Shown here: positions 20,050-24,000 of the stretch, one piece after another
How positions within the stretch are numbered: the first letter of the stretch is position 1
How the letters are laid out: each line of letters opens with the position of its first letter
Assembly: GCF_009800925.1 (NCBI RefSeq)
Contig: NZ_WOYF01000006.1
Coordinates: 19,937-43,936, forward strand
Direction: 5' to 3'
Source of the DNA: Budvicia diplopodorum
GTDB taxonomy: Bacteria > Pseudomonadota > Gammaproteobacteria > Enterobacterales > Enterobacteriaceae
DNA length: 24,000 bases
Position numbers and translations under genes: made by a program
The notes under the pieces: model-generated
What the model was told of the DNA's origin: nothing
The model's database searches: none
What the model saw: the letters and a program-made list of their open reading frames with translations, nothing else

Positions 20050-20499
20050 ATGTTGATTGAAGATCGCAGGGCGGCGCAGGCACGTCGCCATGCAGCATTA
20101 TGGCAGGAAGCGGTCACCGTGGCCGCCGGGCCACTGATTGAATTGGGCCATGCCAGACCGGAGTATATTCAGGGAATTATTGATAATACCAAAGAGTACG
20201 GACCTTATTACATTATCGCGCCGGGCATTGCCTTGCCTCATGCCCGGCCTGAACAAGGGGCGTTGCGCAACGGCGTGGTGTTTACTACCTTAGCCCAGCC
20301 GATAGCGTTCGGACACGAAGAGGGCGATCCGGTCTGGCTGTTAATTGCCATCAGCGCCACCGACGCTGAACAACACATTAAGACCATTCAGCAGCTGGCC
20401 GAGCTATTGCAGCAGTCTGAGTTTATTCAATCTATCAAGCAGTCCACCACGGACGGTGAGCTGTACCAGTTACTGAGCAGCGTAAAAGCGGACGGCTAA
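20050..20499 (+). CDS. sgcA: PTS EIIA component (mannitol/fructose-type EIIA-2)
   Basis: MLIEDRRAAQARRHAALWQEAV...YYIIAPGIALPHARPEQGA...DPVWLLIAISATDA is collinear with E. coli SgcA. An AGAGGA Shine-Dalgarno precedes it. The track start at 19990 is an extension into the repeat region. Confidence 0.9.
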   Translation: MLIEDRRAAQARRHAALWQEAVTVAAGPLIELGHARPEYIQGIIDNTKEYGPYYIIAPGIALPHARPEQGALRNGVVFTTLAQPIAFGHEEGDPVWLLIAISATDAEQHIKTIQQLAELLQQSEFIQSIKQSTTDGELYQLLSSVKADG

Positions 20500-20500
20500 A

Positions 20501-21160
20501 ATGGATATCATGATTCATCCGTCACTGGCCTCGGCTAATCAGCTTGAGTTAGGCACTGCGCTGCGACGGCTTGCCACGCTGGCACCGGCCTCGGTTCATC
20601 TGGACATCGAAGACACCAGCTTTATCCGCAATATCACCTTCGGGCTAAAAACCGTAGCTCAGGTTGCCGCCGCCACTCGGATCCCGCTTTCAATTCACCT
20701 GATGGTTGCCAATCCTTTTCCATGGGTAGAATGGCTAAAGCCGCTTAATCCGGCGTGGATATTTGTTCAGGCCGAAGCGTTAGCCAATCCGGCAGAAATT
20801 CTCACGCTGATTCGCGCTACCGGCGCGAAAGCCGGGCTGGCGTTTAATCCGGTGACTTTGCTGAGTTGCTATGGCTATTTAGCCTCGTTTGCCGATAGCA
20901 TTATGGTGATGACCAGCGAGCCGGATGGCTACGGTCAGGCATTTAACCCGCGCTTAGTTGAGAAAGTGCAGCAGGCGGCAAGCTTATTCAGGCAGAGTGA
21001 AATCTGGGCCGACGGCGGCATCGATCTTCCGTCAGCCAAACTGCTTTATCAGGCCGGAGCGCAGCACTTGGTGTTGGGGCGGGCAATTTTCGGTTCTGAT
21101 AACGGTTTTAATAACTATGCCGCCAATGCAGCGAAGTTCAGGGGACTGGAACATGAGTGA
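20501..21160 (+). CDS. sgcE: Ribulose-phosphate 3-epimerase paralogue (SgcE)
   Basis: HPSLASAN, HLDIEDTSFI.NITFG, VMTSEPDG and WADGGI are collinear with E. coli SgcE. It starts 1 nt after the sgcA stop; an alternative ATG at 20510 is possible. Confidence 0.92.
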   Translation: MDIMIHPSLASANQLELGTALRRLATLAPASVHLDIEDTSFIRNITFGLKTVAQVAAATRIPLSIHLMVANPFPWVEWLKPLNPAWIFVQAEALANPAEILTLIRATGAKAGLAFNPVTLLSCYGYLASFADSIMVMTSEPDGYGQAFNPRLVEKVQQAASLFRQSEIWADGGIDLPSAKLLYQAGAQHLVLGRAIFGSDNGFNNYAANAAKFRGLEHE

Positions 21161-21935
21161 TAAACGTTCGGACAGAATGCGTAATATTCTTCACTATTTG
21201 TGGCAGCATAAAAAAATGGATACCCGACAGGCGGTGGAGCTGTTTGGCTATTCGCCCGCCTCGGTTCGCCGTGATTTCCAGATGATTGCCGATGGTTATC
21301 CCGGTATGATCCGCTGCCACGGCGGCGTGGTGTTTGATGAGTCAACGGTGGATCAGGAATATATCTTTGACGTAAAACAAAGCATTCAGCGGGTGGCGAA
21401 GCAGGATATTGCGGCGGAAGCCCGTAGCATGATTTCGGCTAACGACTGCATTCTGCTGGACTCAGGTTCAACCTGTCTGGCTCTGGCTAAGCTATTGTCA
21501 GATATTCCGGCCAAAGTGATTACCACCGACGTCAAAATTGCCAATCAGCTTGGCTGTTTCAACCAGCTAGAAAGCTATATTGTCGGCGGCATGATCCGCT
21601 CCGGCTATTTTACCGTCGGAGAAAGCCTGGCGGTTGATATGCTCAAGCTATTTTCTGCCGATAAAGCCTTTATGTCTTGCGATTCGCTGTCGCTGGAAAG
21701 CGGTATTACCAATGCCACCATGTTTGAAGTTGGGGTGAAAAAGATGCTTATACAGCGTGCCCGTCAGGTGATATTGTTAGCCGATCACAGTAAATTCGAC
21801 CAAATAAAATCCCATAGCATCGCAACGCTGCTGTCGGTAAACTGCGTTATTACCGACGCTTTATTGCCGGAAGAGACGTTCCAGCGCTATCGAAAAGCAG
21901 GGATCAACATAATACGAGCAAGGGAGAACGCATGA
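21153..21935 (+). CDS. sgcR: DeoR-family transcriptional regulator (SgcR)
   Basis: MSDKRSDRMRNILHYLWQHKKMDTRQAVELFGYSPASVRRDF is an N-terminal winged HTH, followed by a DeoR C-terminal sugar-binding domain. It overlaps the sgcE end by 8 nt. The track ORF from 20958 is an out-of-frame overlap extension. Confidence 0.9.
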   Translation: MSDKRSDRMRNILHYLWQHKKMDTRQAVELFGYSPASVRRDFQMIADGYPGMIRCHGGVVFDESTVDQEYIFDVKQSIQRVAKQDIAAEARSMISANDCILLDSGSTCLALAKLLSDIPAKVITTDVKIANQLGCFNQLESYIVGGMIRSGYFTVGESLAVDMLKLFSADKAFMSCDSLSLESGITNATMFEVGVKKMLIQRARQVILLADHSKFDQIKSHSIATLLSVNCVITDALLPEETFQRYRKAGINIIRARENA

Positions 21936-22591
21936 GTTACGGCATTATCTTTGACATGGACGGCGTACTGGTTGACTCAGAGCCGGTATGGATGGTTGTT
22001 GAACAGGAGCTATATGTAAAACACTACGGCGTTCATCTGACCATCGACGACTTTAAAGATTCAGCCGGTATTCGGGTTGATAGGCTGCTTACCACCCACC
22101 ATCAGCGTTATTCACTGCCGATGGAAGACGTTCCCCAACGGGCACTAGACGTCGTGACCGAGGTTGGCCGCCGGATACAAACGTCGCCCGAACCGATGCG
22201 TGGTGTCTTCGAACTGTTAGAAACCATTAAACAGCACGGTTTACCGATGGTAGTTGCGTCATCGTCACCCAAAAAGCAGATAGCCAGCGTGCTCGAAGCG
22301 CTGAACATTACCGACTACTTCTCTCATCAGGTCTCAGCCGAAGGGCTGGTAAACGGTAAGCCTCATCCGGCGGTATTTATACTGGCGGCCGAAAAGCTAG
22401 GGTTAACGGCAGATCGCTGCATTGTGATTGAAGATGCGGTTAACGGTATGGTAGCGGCAAAAGCGGCCGAAATGAAAGTTATCGTTATGCCTGCCGAAGA
22501 CCAGTACAGCGATCCGCGCTTTGCGCTGGCGGATGCTAAAGTCGAGTCGCTTAACCAAGTGTGGCAACAGATTCAGCAGTTAATGTCATGA
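21932..22591 (+). CDS. HAD-superfamily sugar/hexitol phosphatase (HxpB/YniC-like, beta-phosphoglucomutase family hydrolase)
   Basis: HAD motifs are present: I FDMDGVLVDSE, II VASSS, III KPHP, IV EDAVNG. The C-terminal DPRFALADAKVESL resembles E. coli YniC (DPRFVLADVKLSSL). Its start overlaps the sgcR stop (ATGA). Confidence 0.88.
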   Translation: MSYGIIFDMDGVLVDSEPVWMVVEQELYVKHYGVHLTIDDFKDSAGIRVDRLLTTHHQRYSLPMEDVPQRALDVVTEVGRRIQTSPEPMRGVFELLETIKQHGLPMVVASSSPKKQIASVLEALNITDYFSHQVSAEGLVNGKPHPAVFILAAEKLGLTADRCIVIEDAVNGMVAAKAAEMKVIVMPAEDQYSDPRFALADAKVESLNQVWQQIQQLMS

Positions 22592-22623
22592 TTTAACAGC
22601 GTAGACTATACGTTTCATGGTTT

Positions 22624-22664
22624 AGCCCGGTCAGGCGTGATGCCTATTGACCGGGCTTTTTGTT
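22624..22664 (+). terminator. Rho-independent terminator ending the sgc-HAD transcription unit
   Basis: AGCCCGGTCA...TGACCGGGCT forms a 10-bp outer stem with an inner GGC-GTGAT-GCC helix, followed by TTTTTGTTT. Confidence 0.85.
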
Positions 22665-22860
22665 TCCAGTATTGACTCACACGGCGTCTCTTGCGTTGGC
22701 TAGTTTTCTGACGTGCTTTATCTCAAAATATAAATAAAGATATTAAGGTATAAATATTTTGGCGGTGCGCTAAGGTTGATATTCTAAATTATTTCTATTT
22801 AAAGTTTAAATTCATTTAAAATCATACCGATAAATAATTATATTTGCTAAATATAAAAGC

Positions 22861-22876
22861 TGGCACGCTTATCGCT
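22861..22876 (+). promoter_or_regulatory. Sigma54 (-24/-12)-type promoter upstream of rtcB
   Basis: TGGCACGCTTATCGCT differs from the consensus TGGCACG-N4-TTGCW at one position only. E. coli rtcBA is known to be sigma54/RtcR-dependent. Confidence 0.55.
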
Positions 22877-22884
22877 ATATGTAT

Positions 22885-22914
22885 GGGGTATACCAACAGA
22901 GGGGTATACCAACA
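22885..22914 (+). repeat. Perfect tandem 14-bp direct repeat (16-bp period), each copy containing the palindrome GGTATACC
   Basis: GGGGTATACCAACA-GA-GGGGTATACCAACA lies between the sigma54-like element and the rtcB Shine-Dalgarno. The two GGTATACC cores can also pair as an 8-bp hairpin with an 8-nt loop. Confidence 0.9.
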
Positions 22915-22938
22915 TACAAAAGAAAGTAAGGATAGATA

Positions 22939-24000
22939 ATGAAGCAGAACATTCAGGTTCTTAACGTAGAAAATGGCCGCCCGGTAAAAATGTGGACTCA
23001 GGGCGTACCGGTTGAAGAAGAGGCTAAACGCCAGCTGGAAAATACGGCGAAAATGCCGTTTATTTTTAAGCATTTGGCGGTAATGCCCGATGTGCATTTG
23101 GGTAAAGGCTCGACTATCGGTTCGGTTATTCCTACGTTGGGCGCCATTATTCCCGCCGCCGTGGGCGTAGATATCGGCTGTGGAATGATGGCGGCAAAAA
23201 CCTCGCTTCACGCCTGCGATTTGCCCGATAACCTTTCTGCACTGCGTGACGCTATCGAACAGGCGGTTCCGCACGGGCGTGTAGTGAATCGTTCTAAGCG
23301 CGATAAAGGCGCATGGGGAAACGTACCAGATTCGGTTGATAAGGCGTGGTTGCAGTTGGATCCTGACTTTAAACGGATTATCGATAAGCACCCGAGGCTG
23401 AAGAATACCAATAACCGTGCGCATTTGGGAACGTTGGGAACCGGTAATCATTTTATTGAAGTCTGTGTAGATGAAAATCAGTCCGTATGGTTTATGTTGC
23501 ATTCAGGCTCTCGCGGCGTAGGTAACGCGATTGGTAGCCATTTTATTGAGTTAGCCAAAAAGGATATGGAACGCCACTTCATTAACCTGCCGCATAAAGA
23601 TCTGGCCTACCTGGTTGACGGTAGCGAGCATTATGATGATTACGTTTTTGCCGTTGACTGGGCACAGCGCTTTGCCCGTTTGAACCGTGAAACCATGATG
23701 AATAGCGTGGTTGCCGCTGCTCGTAACGTGATTGCGAAGCCGTTTACCTTAGAGATGGAGGCGGTGAACTGCCATCATAACTACGTGCAAAAAGAGACTC
23801 ATTTTGGTCAGGACGTGTTGATCACCCGTAAAGGTGCGGTGAGCGCGAAGGCCGGTGAATTGGGAATTATTCCCGGTTCTATGGGAGCGAAGTCTTTCAT
23901 CGTTCGCGGAAAAGGCAATGAGGAGGCATTCTGCTCCTGTAGCCACGGCGCGGGCCGTACCATGAGTAGAACCGAGGCTAAGCGCCGCTTCTCGGTCGCC
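22939..24000 (+). CDS. rtcB: RNA-splicing ligase RtcB (3'-phosphate/5'-hydroxyl RNA ligase), first 354 codons; the 3' end lies beyond the window
   Basis: Absent from the ORF track because it is open at the window edge. Translation from the ATG at 22939 (AAGGA Shine-Dalgarno 6 nt upstream) gives MKQNIQVLNVENGRPVKMWTQGVPVEEEAKRQLENTAKMPFIFKHLAVMPDVHLGKGSTIGSVIPT...GTGNHFIE...CHHNY...GSMG..SF...CSCSHGAGR, collinear with E. coli RtcB. Confidence 0.96.
   Translation, partial: MKQNIQVLNVENGRPVKMWTQGVPVEEEAKRQLENTAKMPFIFKHLAVMPDVHLGKGSTIGSVIPTLGAIIPAAVGVDIGCGMMAAKTSLHACDLPDNLSALRDAIEQAVPHGRVVNRSKRDKGAWGNVPDSVDKAWLQLDPDFKRIIDKHPRLKNTNNRAHLGTLGTGNHFIEVCVDENQSVWFMLHSGSRGVGNAIGSHFIELAKKDMERHFINLPHKDLAYLVDGSEHYDDYVFAVDWAQRFARLNRETMMNSVVAAARNVIAKPFTLEMEAVNCHHNYVQKETHFGQDVLITRKGAVSAKAGELGIIPGSMGAKSFIVRGKGNEEAFCSCSHGAGRTMSRTEAKRRFSVA

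Noticed and set aside
20958-21152. Track ORF extending sgcR upstream by 65 codons, and similar extensions for sgcA (19990), sgcB (17254), sgcQ (18942), dauA (15740) and ychH (4964)
   Set aside because: The extensions overlap upstream genes or repeat DNA and are not collinear with the E. coli proteins. The internal ATGs have proper Shine-Dalgarno sequences.
22885-22914. Tandem repeat considered as a CRISPR array or iteron array
   Set aside because: There are only two copies with a 2-bp spacer, and no cas genes or leader. It is reported as a regulatory-type repeat instead.
22822-23502. 226-aa ORF on the minus strand in the ORF track
   Set aside because: It lies antisense to the unmistakable rtcB reading frame. 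Its product is Arg/His-rich and low-complexity, with no motif, and it starts in the AT-rich spacer. It is an artefact of the open antisense frame.

Overview
This is an Enterobacterales-type chromosomal segment. The housekeeping backbone is ychF | pth | ychH | prs-ispE-lolB | hemA-prfA-prmC-sirB2-sirB1-kdsA | dauA, and all of these proteins are collinear with their E. coli counterparts. Four things do not belong to that backbone. (1) A visibly AT-rich islet of about 3.2 kb (about 835-4066) lies between ychF and pth. It carries small envelope-stress and biofilm genes: two YcgZ/YmgA/AriR-like ORFs, a BhsA/DUF1471 protein, a solo EcnB-like lipoprotein, YmgE and one unknown 76-aa ORF. It also holds a GC-richer block of about 250 bp with no intact ORF. 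(2) A complete sgcXBCQAER-type orphan PTS operon (16131-21935) is extended by a translationally coupled HAD sugar-phosphatase and appears to be driven by a class-II-type CRP promoter. A 274-bp hairpin-rich non-coding insert splits it between sgcQ and sgcA. (3) GC-rich REP-like hairpin clusters occur at two unrelated intergenic sites (about 12.70-12.84 kb and 19.83-20.01 kb) and share the 12-mer CGGCTTTCGCCG. (4) rtcB runs off the 3' edge and has no divergent rtcR upstream. It is preceded by a sigma54-type -24/-12 element and a perfect tandem 14-bp repeat containing the palindrome GGTATACC. I found no rRNA, tRNA, CRISPR array, transposase or integrase. The most interesting candidates are the extended sgc pathway, the rtcB leader and the stress islet. 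Nothing here can be claimed as a proven novel system from sequence alone.
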